Positions 29,201-37,344 are shown, counted from the first letter of the stretch. The stretch is DNA of 64,000 bases from an uncultured Thermoplasmatales archaeon (GCA_964414415.1 CAYPWJ010000001.1:74701-138700), one strand, 5' to 3'. Made by a program: numbers and translations. Notes: a model not told the origin generated them from the letters alone.

Positions 29201-30174
29201 ATGATCTGAGTAGCGATTTTCGGATAAGACGACTGAGCGATATCTACATCCGACCGAGAGGCGCGGCGCACCTCATTCTCAAGCAAATCAGAGAAATGAG
29301 CGTCAGGGAAACCGTAGTCCTCGCATGACTTCGTCAGGATAAGCCGCATAAAAAGAGCGAATGCTGTCTCCAGAGCAAACGTCATCAGGTATCTGTCCTC
29401 CTTTTTTCCGGGGGACAGCCCGGCTTTCTCAAAAACATGCGCCCAGTGATCCGGCACCTGGCTCTTTGTCAGCGACTTTGCATAGGAGCGCTTCCAGAAC
29501 TCGTAGGCGCTTTTGGTAAAACGCGAGGTTTCCCTGCTCTGCTCAAACAGATTTATGATCGAGGAGACAAGCTCGGAAAACAGAGAGTCCTCCTTGAGCC
29601 TGAAGCTTTCATAAAAATGCCCTCGAGATGTTTCTGTATCAAGCGATAGCCGTTCCTCGGCGGGCTTGAACTTGTCGATATACGTCAGCACATTGTCAAT
29701 TTTGGTCGTGCCGTAGTCAGGCTTCGAGAGCAGCCGTATGCCCTCACTTACCATCTCTTCGTCTATCTCCGACATGCCTCCGGAGATGTCGTTTCTCCGC
29801 AAAAGCCGCTTCTGCTGCCGTTCATAGAAAATAAGCTCCCGTCCATTGTAGAGAAGACCATAGTCTGCCTTTAGCTCATCGACATATTTTTCCTTCAGAT
29901 CATCTTCAAAATACCCGAGGTCGTCCACTCCTGGCTTTTTAAATTCGATGACAAAGACGATATCTCCAAACTCGTCGGTGCAATGGATATCGGTCCGCTT
30001 GCCTGTTGCGATGCGTTCCTCAAAGAAGATGTCGTTTTTCTCATATCCAAGATTTTCCAGGATTTCTTTTTTAGAAAATTTTATCCGAAGTGTTTCCTCG
30101 TTCATCTCCGGGTTATCCTCCACCTCCTGCCATAAATCACGTAACGCTTCAAATATGTCACCTACCTTTGACAT
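26296..30174 (-). CDS. Type IIG (Eco57I/MmeI-like) single-chain restriction-modification enzyme: N-terminal PD-(D/E)xK nuclease, gamma-class N6-adenine methyltransferase, C-terminal target-recognition domain
   Basis: 1292 aa. Nuclease motif D...FVIEFKK. MTase motif X GEFYTP, motif I LDPACGSGTFLV, motif IV VVGNPPYV. TRD with the LLNSSLLDFYL signature. By eye about 46% GC. Confidence 0.8.
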   Translation of the reverse strand: MSKVGDIFEALRDLWQEVEDNPEMNEETLRIKFSKKEILENLGYEKNDIFFEERIATGKRTDIHCTDEFGDIVFVIEFKKPGVDDLGYFEDDLKEKYVDELKADYGLLYNGRELIFYERQQKRLLRRNDISGGMSEIDEEMVSEGIRLLSKPDYGTTKIDNVLTYIDKFKPAEERLSLDTETSRGHFYESFRLKEDSLFSELVSSIINLFEQSRETSRFTKSAYEFWKRSYAKSLTKSQVPDHWAHVFEKAGLSPGKKEDRYLMTFALETAFALFMRLILTKSCEDYGFPDAHFSDLLENEVRRASRSDVDIAQSSYPKIATQIIRDMQEKLIASVFEEDIFYWWTEEFDRRSYQQFFSDTTLQMSTFGKNVAKLLLAIYKFDFSRVEGDPLGILYQRYFDTETRKALGEFYTPMEVVDYILDSVGYTGEQTVDRRLLDPACGSGTFLVEALKRYLDGAKRKAEQHGWGKVLDELCNRYHIVGFDIHPFATIMAQVQFTLALLPTYRKAKEEDPGFVLKRLPIFRTDSLAMEQQSGRMKITDFGVGKTFTMSIELPVQGDEGTFFEDDFRIPDIITVREHTDIQRTEEYFGALQAVFDTVKRDAVEERESVNLDRLERNLRHYLVDKKWSLLAEFFEDYAYDLLEKIKLLKSDFEDGRLVKSIEDVLLAALLKNFVDYDFVVGNPPYVRIQDIPEKQKNRWSGCYDWAKGNYDIFVPFIERGLKWIKGGHAGKLSYIVSNRFLLTNYGKPMRAGLPEQAQIDKLLDMKDSRVFEDALNYPAIFVFSKGPRRQHRFPVARVFRDSDDGEELLADVEHCFEQLENGDSHVVGDFSDAFYFPYDNLRAQGWYLMPPNEWKVFSQIEEGCSLLQDFTKTKSGGFQGVSTSKDDFYVLQLIEEREDTIVARPKGGGDPVEVEKGLVRPFLFGKDVERWRIDWKGWYVLFPYQQYVIDGEEKYKLIPSKEYEGKFDYGDTYIEDLYPKGWSYLESIEDDLRSREGGKFRRGKNQEHKWYGMGYPRSKDKYDKKKILVQLNSQEGDYCYDNEAKYVFQGGGKGGGIYGILLKSEKQFPFYLTGLLNSSLLDFYLKHISTIYAGKSYSYADAYIKLLPIKTAEKDGELDFLEEIKEVAEQIVGIEELKRKIDMFPTPYFSALRKKDVVDEFFEIRHTTKRYYREASISIQTGLDEGKKIKLGKDDYIDDYRINTDEKYEYIARTLNGKKLSKEEEIIIRVPVNNELVQQILEMHDQDIGKLRDMPTVAELEDKLNQTVFDLYNIESEDDIAVIDTFLDRF

Positions 30175-30175
30175 G

Positions 30176-30838
30176 CTATTCCTCTATTTTCTCAAAGGAA
30201 TCCACGGTGAAATTTTCCCCGAAATCGGCTCCGTTGAACCGATATTTGTTACCGGCCAGTTTTACGTCGAGAAGACAGTCGAGGTCCTCGTCGTCCATCT
30301 CCTTCGCCATCTCCAAATCTATATCGGTTAATCTTTCAGCTACCTCGCCATTTGCCACCATCACCTTGCTGGTGGAATCAAGAGCAACCTTTATCCGGAA
30401 ATCCTCGACCGGCTCCACGTCCAGATGGACGGGACAGTGGTCGTTCACTAAGACCCGGTTGCATTCGGGGCATCGCTCGATATAGCCGCTCTTCGGCACA
30501 ATCCTCGTAACGTGCCCCTCTATCCCACCGTTGTCTCCAGCCTCTATCTCTTCATCCAGCTTTGTTATCTTTGTTCGAGAGTTAAGATTGACTTGAGACT
30601 GTTCATTCCATACATCCACCACGACGCCCTTGAAAAGATAGCTTTCTCCTTCTTGGAGCTCCGGCAACTGTGATTTTTTCCATGAGACAAACTTGAGTTT
30701 ACCGGTCTCATCGCCGAGCAACCCCACCTGGGCGATAGCATCCGAGCGTGGCTCCCAAAGCTGGAGAACCTTCGCTTTTAGAGACACCCATTCCCCTTCC
30801 TCTGTTAATTCTTCGATTTTTCGCATCTCCGCTGACAT
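30176..30838 (-). CDS. RPA-like single-stranded-DNA-binding protein: one OB fold plus a CxxC...CxxH zinc ribbon and an acidic tail
   Basis: 220 aa. OB-fold hallmark VSLKAKVLQLWEP...GLLGDETGKLKFVSWKK...GESYLFKGVVVDVWN. Zinc ribbon CPECNRVLVNDHCPVH. The stop codon is 1 nt from the RM gene start, indicating an operon. A/T-ending codon usage as in the RM gene. Confidence 0.65.
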   Translation of the reverse strand: MSAEMRKIEELTEEGEWVSLKAKVLQLWEPRSDAIAQVGLLGDETGKLKFVSWKKSQLPELQEGESYLFKGVVVDVWNEQSQVNLNSRTKITKLDEEIEAGDNGGIEGHVTRIVPKSGYIERCPECNRVLVNDHCPVHLDVEPVEDFRIKVALDSTSKVMVANGEVAERLTDIDLEMAKEMDDEDLDCLLDVKLAGNKYRFNGADFGENFTVDSFEKIEE

Positions 30839-30928
30839 ACCTATTTTCCCCTATCCAATTCTACAAATGCCGAGGCAATAATAAATTTTGCTTTCGATGC
30901 AGCATCTTCTAGAAACTTCCAAAATGTG

Positions 30929-31519
30929 CTATTGCCCCTGTTTTTTGAAGTTCAGGACGGTGTCGTGGACGATGTGGTCGTAGTGGTGGAGGTCCGTCTG
31001 GATGCGCCGGCTGAGGGTGAAGCCCACGTCCCTGGCTGCCTGGACGGCGACATCATTGTCCATGTGCCGGAGGTAGACCGACAGCAGGCCGTCAGGGGTC
31101 AACACCCGGCCTATCTCGCCGAGCAGCTGCCGTCGCCTGTCAGGCGTAAAAAAATCACTGTGCAAGACATCATATATCAGGGCAGCGTCCATCGCGGCAT
31201 CGTCAAACGGCAGCGTCAGCGAGCCCGCCGTCTCCATTATCTCAACGTTGCCGACCCCGTAGGTCTCCAGCCGCCCGCGCAGCGACTCCAGTTTCCCGTG
31301 GTCGCGGTCAAGCGCATAGACGACGCCCGACGGTGCGACCAGCATCGCCGCCGGCAGGACATACATCCCCGTGCCGCAGCCGAAATCCAGCACCCGGTCA
31401 CCCGACCGGAGGCCGACCTCCAGCAGCATCCGCGCGCCCAGGCCGTCAAGCCAGCGCCTGCCGTCCTCGTTCATCACCGATGTATCACCACGACGGTTAA
31501 AACATGTTTCCCCGACCAT
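30929..31519 (-). CDS. Class I SAM-dependent methyltransferase
   Basis: Start at MVGETCF (M37 of the track ORF). Motif I VLDFGCGTG, motif post-I VYALD. High GC again. Confidence 0.7.
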   Translation of the reverse strand: MVGETCFNRRGDTSVMNEDGRRWLDGLGARMLLEVGLRSGDRVLDFGCGTGMYVLPAAMLVAPSGVVYALDRDHGKLESLRGRLETYGVGNVEIMETAGSLTLPFDDAAMDAALIYDVLHSDFFTPDRRRQLLGEIGRVLTPDGLLSVYLRHMDNDVAVQAARDVGFTLSRRIQTDLHHYDHIVHDTVLNFKKQGQ

Positions 31520-31523
31520 ACGG

Positions 31524-33215
31524 CTAGCGCGCCTGGTCGATGAACACCGGCCCGAGATACGCCATGTAGCCGCCGTCCGTGCCGCCCTGCCGGACGGCGA
31601 CCCAGTAGAAGTCATTGTCCTGGACATCTGGATCCTCCACCGTGACGGTGCAGACGTCGCTGTCCGGCGTGACGTGCTCGACGACCCGGCACCACGGCCG
31701 CCCGCGCTCCCGGTTTTTCTTGACGACCCAGATGTCGGTTATCGGCCGGTCGAGCTCCTCGGGCGTGAAGCCGTGGGGGCACATCGTCTTCCCGCTGCTG
31801 TCGTTCCCCTGGAACGTCGACCGTGCGGTCACCCGTATATCCAGGGGAGCGGTACAGTTTATCCGGCGGCCGTAGGCGAGCTGTCCGTCAAACCGGGCGT
31901 TCGCCCGTATCTTGAGGAGCTGCGACGCGTAGCAGCTGCCGTTGTTCAGGGCGTCCCATATCTCCCCGCGGGTGTTATGCACCGCGTAGACGGCAGCGAG
32001 ACCGGAGGGCGCCCCGAGATGACTCAGGTTGGTTTCGGCGCTGCCCGGCCTGGGGTAGTCGTGGGTGTCGCTGCCTGCGATGAAGGCGAATGGCTGCCGC
32101 CCGTCATGCTGGCTCCACTCCCAGCAGGCGTTCTCGATCCAGGCGTCCGTCTGGTTGATGAACTGTTCCTCGGGGTAGGGAAACCGCCATGGCACCCCCG
32201 GGGTATAGTGCTGCCCGACGGCGCTGCCCCATCGGCTGTAGACCTCGGCGCCGCGCAGCACCTGGTCGCGCGCCGTCTCGTGCTGCACCCCGTCGGCGAG
32301 GTAGGTGAAGTTTGTGGCGAAGCTCAGGTCGCTTGGTGTTTTGCCCTGGGGGTGATGTGGAAACCCGATGACGCGGTGCCCCCGCTCATGCTCCCGGGCC
32401 ATCGCCTGGAAGATGCCGTCGTAGGTGGGCCGCTGCCAGTCGGCGTACTCCGGCGCCCCTGGATATATGTCGCGGTAGTAGAAGTTGACATGGCCGACGT
32501 CCTGGCATCCATCCCGCGACCACCGGCGGCCGCCGAGGCTCCACTCCGCCGCGGTCCACTCGAAGCCCAGCAGCGTCGAAAAGACGCCCGGGTTGTAGTG
32601 CTCCCTAGCCGCGCTTTGTATCAGCTTCCATTCGCCGTGCAGCAGCAGCTTGTACATGATAGTTCGGAGCCAGTCAGATCGGGGCACCCCGCCGAACTTG
32701 ACGTTGAAGCCGTCTATCAGCTCCGCGTGGTCGGTGCAGGCGGCGAAGTCAAGGTAGTTGTCGGCGACGGCGTTGCCGTACATCTCGTCGATCCGGTAGT
32801 CGCCGTCGGAGCTCCGGGTATGCCAGTGGATGTCGCCAAAAAACAGCTGCTTCAACCTGACCGGGACGGTGTCCATATCGGACCCGTGGCTGTTCGCCGC
32901 GTAGACGGTCAGGTTGACATAGCTGGCGGAGAGCGGCGTCGGCTCCGGGTCATACAGCACCGGGTCATCCCCCGCAAAAGTGCCGTGTCTGCCCCCGTCG
33001 TCTATCTGCCAGGAGAGCTCCGCCGGGTCGCCCGTGACCTCGCAGTCGACGATGTCTCCCTCGTAGACCACGGCGTGTGGCTCCACGTCGAGCCGGACCG
33101 AGGGCTGCCCGTCGACGTTTCCCTCGCCTGCAGGCACCTCCCCCAGCGAAGGCAGCACCGGCATGGCCACGAGCGTGCAGAGCGCGACGATGGAGACAAT
33201 GGCTTTCTCGTTCAT
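31524..33215 (-). CDS. Secreted DUF3604/PHP-like metal-dependent hydrolase-family protein
   Basis: Start at MNEKAIVSIVALC (signal peptide; GGAGG 7 nt upstream). Motif FGDIHWHTRSSDGD. Confidence 0.55.
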   Translation of the reverse strand: MNEKAIVSIVALCTLVAMPVLPSLGEVPAGEGNVDGQPSVRLDVEPHAVVYEGDIVDCEVTGDPAELSWQIDDGGRHGTFAGDDPVLYDPEPTPLSASYVNLTVYAANSHGSDMDTVPVRLKQLFFGDIHWHTRSSDGDYRIDEMYGNAVADNYLDFAACTDHAELIDGFNVKFGGVPRSDWLRTIMYKLLLHGEWKLIQSAAREHYNPGVFSTLLGFEWTAAEWSLGGRRWSRDGCQDVGHVNFYYRDIYPGAPEYADWQRPTYDGIFQAMAREHERGHRVIGFPHHPQGKTPSDLSFATNFTYLADGVQHETARDQVLRGAEVYSRWGSAVGQHYTPGVPWRFPYPEEQFINQTDAWIENACWEWSQHDGRQPFAFIAGSDTHDYPRPGSAETNLSHLGAPSGLAAVYAVHNTRGEIWDALNNGSCYASQLLKIRANARFDGQLAYGRRINCTAPLDIRVTARSTFQGNDSSGKTMCPHGFTPEELDRPITDIWVVKKNRERGRPWCRVVEHVTPDSDVCTVTVEDPDVQDNDFYWVAVRQGGTDGGYMAYLGPVFIDQAR

Positions 33216-33326
33216 GTCACATCCTCCCGTGCAGCGGGCAGAGCAGACAAACACGCAGCGGTATATAAGATTTGGAGCATCCCCGCGGATGGAGAGACGG
33301 CAAAAAGAAAAAGAGAGAAAAAGGCG

Positions 33327-33554
33327 CTACGTCCGGGTTATCGCCAGCGTCGCCAGCGACGGCGGCTGATAGAGCGGCATCGAGGTGTCGTTTATCGGCA
33401 TCGGAGCCAGGTAGGACGCGTTGCTCTGCATGTCGGGTATCGCGGTGACACCGGCCGACGGCGCGTCCACCGGGGCGACAGCCGCGGTGGCGCCGGCCAG
33501 CGTGACGCCGAACACAACAGCTGCGACGCCCATCGCGAGCAGCTTCTCCATCAT
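33327..33554 (-). CDS. Small secreted protein (75 aa, hypothetical)
   Basis: N-terminal hydrophobic signal MMEKLLAMGVAAVVFGVTLAGATAA. GC-rich third positions. Upstream of the DUF3604 gene on the same strand. Confidence 0.35.
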   Translation of the reverse strand: MMEKLLAMGVAAVVFGVTLAGATAAVAPVDAPSAGVTAIPDMQSNASYLAPMPINDTSMPLYQPPSLATLAITRT

Positions 33555-33825
33555 GTCACGTCAAACCCAGCGGGCTTTTTAACTGTTGCTCCCACATCCA
33601 CGCCGCCATAGAACAGCGGCGGTTATCCCCGGCAGCGGAGACACCGCCCGCACCGGGGGCAGCGCAGTGCATCATCGGCGGAATTGTAGCCGCAGCGGTC
33701 GCAGACCATGCAGCCACAACGGGCAGGGCATGTAAAAACAGATGCGGGGGCCGCCACGCAGGCTTTTAAATTTTGCGTCAGCACCAGCAAGCAGGTCCCG
33801 TTATCTTTCGGGCGAGAGCAAAATG

Positions 33826-34077
33826 TTATAGGGTACCTATGACGTAGCGGGCTATGAATCCCATGAATAGAGCGTATGAAAAATTGACGACTGTTCCCAC
33901 AAGATAATATTGCGGGTTTTTGGTTATTTCTTTCGTTCGTACCAGAGCCTTCGCTGTGAAGATGATAGACAAAGCGAGGAATTCATTTGCCACAACAAGA
34001 GATATCACAATAAAGTTTTCGCAGATTCCGATGACGAATCCTATATCTCCAAGCTGTGCGCTTACCCTCCCACCCAC
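33826..34077 (-). CDS. Small 3-TM membrane protein (83 aa), in low-GC islet 3
   Basis: Hydrophobic. A/T-ending codon usage like the neighbouring gene. Paired with a SatD-like gene. Confidence 0.45.
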   Translation of the reverse strand: MGGRVSAQLGDIGFVIGICENFIVISLVVANEFLALSIIFTAKALVRTKEITKNPQYYLVGTVVNFSYALFMGFIARYVIGTL

Positions 34078-34155
34078 GTATTGACGTATTGAACTACATT
34101 TCTTACCAGTATCGTGCTACTTGCAAATGTGAACACATAGATGCCGGCCAATACG

Positions 34156-34863
34156 CTAAGGAGTATGCTTTCGTTCATGCTTTGTGTACCTTATCAGTAG
34201 CTCGTTTATCAATTTTTCAGCATCTCTGATTTCTTTCCAATGTGCCCCTCGTAAGGCCTTTGAGACTGCCTGTTGCGTAATATGTTGTTTTTGTGCGACT
34301 GCCTTCTGTTTGCCCAGCTTCTCGTAGCTGTCTATGATGTCCTTTTTTCCCTTCCAGTGACTATATTTTATGATAGCCGTTAAATTTGCGATAGTGGTGA
34401 TTTCCCTGTCTAATGATTTTTGTCCCAAATCAAAATAAAAATAATCGAACGGCTTTTTTGTGTTCCGTACCGTCTGTCTGGCCTTCGTTTTTAATTTTTC
34501 CAGATAGCTATCGGCCCGTTTAAATGCTACTCCATCTATTTGGGATGCATTTCTGGTCTCCAAAGCGACATCCAGCTTCCCAAAAACAGCCGCAAATCTA
34601 ATTTTAAAGGGAAGCATATGCTCCTGGATTTCTCTCATTACATCATACGTGGTTTCGATGTTCTTTAGAACACCTGCTATCTCATCGCCTTTGACCACCA
34701 TACATTTTGCAAATAATTTATCCTCAAATTTTTTGTTCGTTGCTTCTACTGAATGGGCAAGTTTTCTTCCATATCTGTTCCGATTCTTTATTTTTGCTGA
34801 TCCTATGACGTCTCCGACAATCGTCACGAATTTTTTATCCATATTTTTTGTTAATTGCATCAT
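34156..34863 (-). CDS. SatD-like protein with a C-terminal sigma-70-region-4-type helix-turn-helix
   Basis: 235 aa, lysine-rich. N-terminal VTIVGDVIGSAKI motif. C-terminal ITQQAVSKALRGAHWKEIRD HTH. By eye about 35% GC. Confidence 0.5.
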   Translation of the reverse strand: MMQLTKNMDKKFVTIVGDVIGSAKIKNRNRYGRKLAHSVEATNKKFEDKLFAKCMVVKGDEIAGVLKNIETTYDVMREIQEHMLPFKIRFAAVFGKLDVALETRNASQIDGVAFKRADSYLEKLKTKARQTVRNTKKPFDYFYFDLGQKSLDREITTIANLTAIIKYSHWKGKKDIIDSYEKLGKQKAVAQKQHITQQAVSKALRGAHWKEIRDAEKLINELLIRYTKHERKHTP

Positions 34864-34885
34864 GATATTTAAAACAATCTATTTT

Positions 34886-34981
34886 GGTTGTAAACTATAT
34901 TACAACCTTATACATTTGTTTTTTTATATACAACTTTTTAAGTTGTAAAAATGCGTATGTGCTGGCCATAGCGTGCACATA
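34886..34981. repeat. Three palindromes in 96 bp upstream of the SatD-like gene: GGTTGTAA-n6-TTACAACC (34886-34907), ACAACTT-TTT-AAGTTGT (34930-34946) and TATGTGC-n12-GCACATA (34956-34981)
   Basis: Direct observation. Likely operator sites or the element end. Confidence 0.5.
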
Positions 34982-34983
34982 CA

Positions 34984-35178
34984 TCACCGCTTTCTCTCCT
35001 GGTTGAGGCGGTATTCCCGATCGCCGGTCTTCACCAGGATGCCCTGCTCCTCCAGCCAGCGATCCCGCCGCCGGATATACCTGATGGAATCCCGGAGCTT
35101 CCACCGCGGCGTCGGCCGCCGTACGGCGCTGCCCTTCTCCGGTCCACGGATACGCTTATCCTGTTCATCTAGCGTCAT
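34984..35178 (-). CDS. Small basic protein (64 aa from MTLDEQDK; hypothetical)
   Basis: Minus-strand TATA TTTTTATATG (35212-35219) about 35 nt upstream of this internal ATG. The track ORF extends to 35256. No recognisable family. Confidence 0.3.
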   Translation of the reverse strand: MTLDEQDKRIRGPEKGSAVRRPTPRWKLRDSIRYIRRRDRWLEEQGILVKTGDREYRLNQERKR

Positions 35179-35300
35179 TTCTCTCGTGCGGTAGCTCTCA
35201 ATCCGTTTGCCATATAAAAATCTTCCTTGCTGCCTTCTTTCCCCATCGCAGACCAATAACCTTTTAATTGACCCGTCGTTAGGATACCGCCGTCGATACC

Positions 35301-35627
35301 ATGAGCAAAAAGAACGACGACGAAGACGAATACATCCGCGTCCGCCGGCCGGACCGGAGCAACAACGAGCTCTACGCCATCATCGAGAGTGTCTACAAGG
35401 GCTCCAGGATGAAGGTCGTCGCCGAGGACGGCACATCGCGCATCGCCCGCATCCCGGGCAGCAAACGCCGGGGGATGGGCCGCATCCGCCGCGGAGACCT
35501 CGTCATCATCGTCCCGTGGAACATCCAGCCCGACGAAAAAGCCGACATCATCTGGCGGTACTGGAAGAACCAGGCCCGGTTCCTCAGCCGGAAGGGCCTC
35601 CTCCCCGACCAGGTCGACATCTTCTAG
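35301..35627 (+). CDS. eif1a: Translation initiation factor 1A (aIF-1A)
   Basis: 108 aa. S1/OB core ...GSRMKVVAEDGTSRIARIPGSKRRGMGRIRRGDLVIIVPW...ADIIWRY. Confidence 0.85.
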   Translation: MSKKNDDEDEYIRVRRPDRSNNELYAIIESVYKGSRMKVVAEDGTSRIARIPGSKRRGMGRIRRGDLVIIVPWNIQPDEKADIIWRYWKNQARFLSRKGLLPDQVDIF

Positions 35628-35653
35628 CCGACCGCGTCGCCTCCCTCTCCGCA

Positions 35654-35974
35654 TCAGTTATTTTTCCGCGTGGTCCACGCCGGCCAGCGACGCGACGTAT
35701 TCGATCGATGCTGCGGAGATACCTCGTCATCCCGGTAGTCTTCCGACCGCGCTCTGTTGACCGGCATCCACTCCCGCATCCGTCTGCCCATGGACTCAAA
35801 CGGCTCGATTCCGTCCCGTGTGAGCAGTTCATCCTCCAGCGATGTGGAGGAGTTCACGCAGACGCCGTCCATGTGGAGCGATGCAAACAGCTTTCCGCCG
35901 ACATAGTAGGCAGGGACCGTACATCTATCCCGGCTGCACCAGCGGATCGTCCAGTAAAAACGAGTCAAGGACAT
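35654..35974 (-). CDS. MmcQ/YjbR-like small protein (weak call)
   Basis: Central YYVGGKLFASLHMDG...DELLTRDGIEPF...MGRRMREWMPV resembles the YjbR family. Confidence 0.3.
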   Translation of the reverse strand: MSLTRFYWTIRWCSRDRCTVPAYYVGGKLFASLHMDGVCVNSSTSLEDELLTRDGIEPFESMGRRMREWMPVNRARSEDYRDDEVSPQHRSNTSRRWPAWTTRKNN

Positions 35975-36129
35975 CCTTGTGTTTTTCGTTGAACACTCCG
36001 GGACACATGTCTCCCTCCCCGTTTCATCTATCCATTACAGCAACCACACCGGTGTATATAAAGCCTGGAGCTCCCGGCGGGTATCCTGAAGCCCGCCCAG
36101 ACAGACCGCCCCTCCCGTGTGCCGTAGAC

Positions 36130-36684
36130 CTACAATCCCAGCTCTTCATGGACGGCCTGCAGCGCCGGCAGCGCCGTCGCCACGAACGCCTCCACATCCA
36201 TCCCGAGCTCCCTGCACCGCCGTATCCGGTCACGGTCGATGCTCTTGGCGAACGAGCTGTCGTCTATCTTTTTCATCACCGACGCGACACGGACCTCCCC
36301 GAGCGTCCCGTTCGGCATCACCAGCGCCGTCGCCACGACCAAGCCTGACAGCGCGTCGCTCGCGATCAACGCATGATCCAGCGCCGTCGACGGTTCAACG
36401 CCCGTGTGCCGCCAGTTGTGCGCCCGGATTGCCTGTAGCGCCTCCTCAGGCAGCTGGCCCTCCAGCATCTCCGCCGACCGCGCGGCGTGCCGCTCCGGCT
36501 CGTCCTTCGTCTCCTCGTAGTCCAGGTCGTGCAGCAGCCCCGTCAGCCACCACAACTCCGCGCCATGGCCGAGCTCGACGGCCAGCGCCTCCATGATCGC
36601 CGCCACAGCTATCATGTGCTTCCGGAGGTTCACCGTCTCCACGTGCCGCTCAAGCAGCTCCATCGCTTCATCTCGTGACAGCAT
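36130..36684 (-). CDS. HD-domain phosphohydrolase
   Basis: 184 aa. His-Asp pair in ...LLHDLDYEE... and the downstream conserved H/D residues. Confidence 0.7.
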   Translation of the reverse strand: MLSRDEAMELLERHVETVNLRKHMIAVAAIMEALAVELGHGAELWWLTGLLHDLDYEETKDEPERHAARSAEMLEGQLPEEALQAIRAHNWRHTGVEPSTALDHALIASDALSGLVVATALVMPNGTLGEVRVASVMKKIDDSSFAKSIDRDRIRRCRELGMDVEAFVATALPALQAVHEELGL

Positions 36685-36751
36685 ACAGCCACATCACGGG
36701 CGATACATTAAACGTTTTCGAACAAAAAAGAAAAAACGAGGGGAAAGAGAG

Positions 36752-37270
36752 CTACGCGAGCCGCGGGAGATGCAGCTCGACGTAGTAATGCGAGACGGTG
36801 CCGGGGAACCAGTCCGTCCTGATGTGCCCGACGGGCTCGTATTCCGACATCTCGGGTCCCCACAGCGCCGTGTAGGTGCCGTCGTACTGCCCGTTCCAGA
36901 TGGAGTCGTTGTCCACCCAGGTCATCTCCAGCCGGTGGCCGTCCATGTCGAGCTGCATCGCCTCGTCGGTGTACGCGAGCAGCGTCACGTTCCACAGATG
37001 CCGGTCGAGCGGGTCGCCGAGCCCGCGCTCCAGCGCGATCTCCAGCGTGCCGGTGCCGTTGTCCAGGGTCAGGTTGGCGTAGTAGCTGCCTGCATACTCG
37101 AAGCCGCCCTTCGGTCGGCCGCAGTCGTTGATATAGAACGATCCATGTGCTTCGCCGCTCTCTGCAACCACGTCGCTCGTGTTGTCGAACTCCATCGCGA
37201 CCAGCGCCAGGGCGCCGGCCGCAACCAGGCCAATGACGGCGACAACAACCGTCAATATTTTTCGGCTCAT
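36752..37270 (-). CDS. Membrane-anchored extracellular protein (172 aa, hypothetical)
   Basis: N-terminal TM MSRKILTVVVAVIGLVAAGALALVA. A minus-strand TATA at 37288-37297 lies about 23 nt upstream of the ATG. Confidence 0.5.
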   Translation of the reverse strand: MSRKILTVVVAVIGLVAAGALALVAMEFDNTSDVVAESGEAHGSFYINDCGRPKGGFEYAGSYYANLTLDNGTGTLEIALERGLGDPLDRHLWNVTLLAYTDEAMQLDMDGHRLEMTWVDNDSIWNGQYDGTYTALWGPEMSEYEPVGHIRTDWFPGTVSHYYVELHLPRLA

Positions 37271-37287
37271 GGCCCCGAAAGCAGCCT

Positions 37288-37297
37288 GTATATAATG
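37288..37297 (-). promoter_or_regulatory. TATA box (TGTATATAAT) for the leaderless minus-strand gene 36752..37270
   Basis: Position about 23 nt from the ATG. Confidence 0.4.
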
Positions 37298-37310
37298 CCG
37301 TATCGAAAAC

Positions 37311-37328
37311 GTTCACCGGGCGGTGAAC
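37311..37328. promoter_or_regulatory. Perfect 18-bp palindrome GTTCACCG-GG-CGGTGAAC between two divergent promoters. Candidate transcription-factor operator.
   Basis: Direct observation. Flanked by the TATA boxes at 37288-37297 (minus) and 37345-37355 (plus). Confidence 0.35.
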
Positions 37329-37344
37329 CGCCCTGCCGTCCTAC

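Noticed and set aside
33623-33709. 28-codon minus-strand micro-ORF MVCDRCGYNSADDALRCPRCGRCLRCRG (Cys-rich zinc-ribbon-like)
   Set aside because: Too short, with no promoter or RBS evidence, and Cys/Arg richness is expected from GC-rich DNA. Cannot be supported without expression data.
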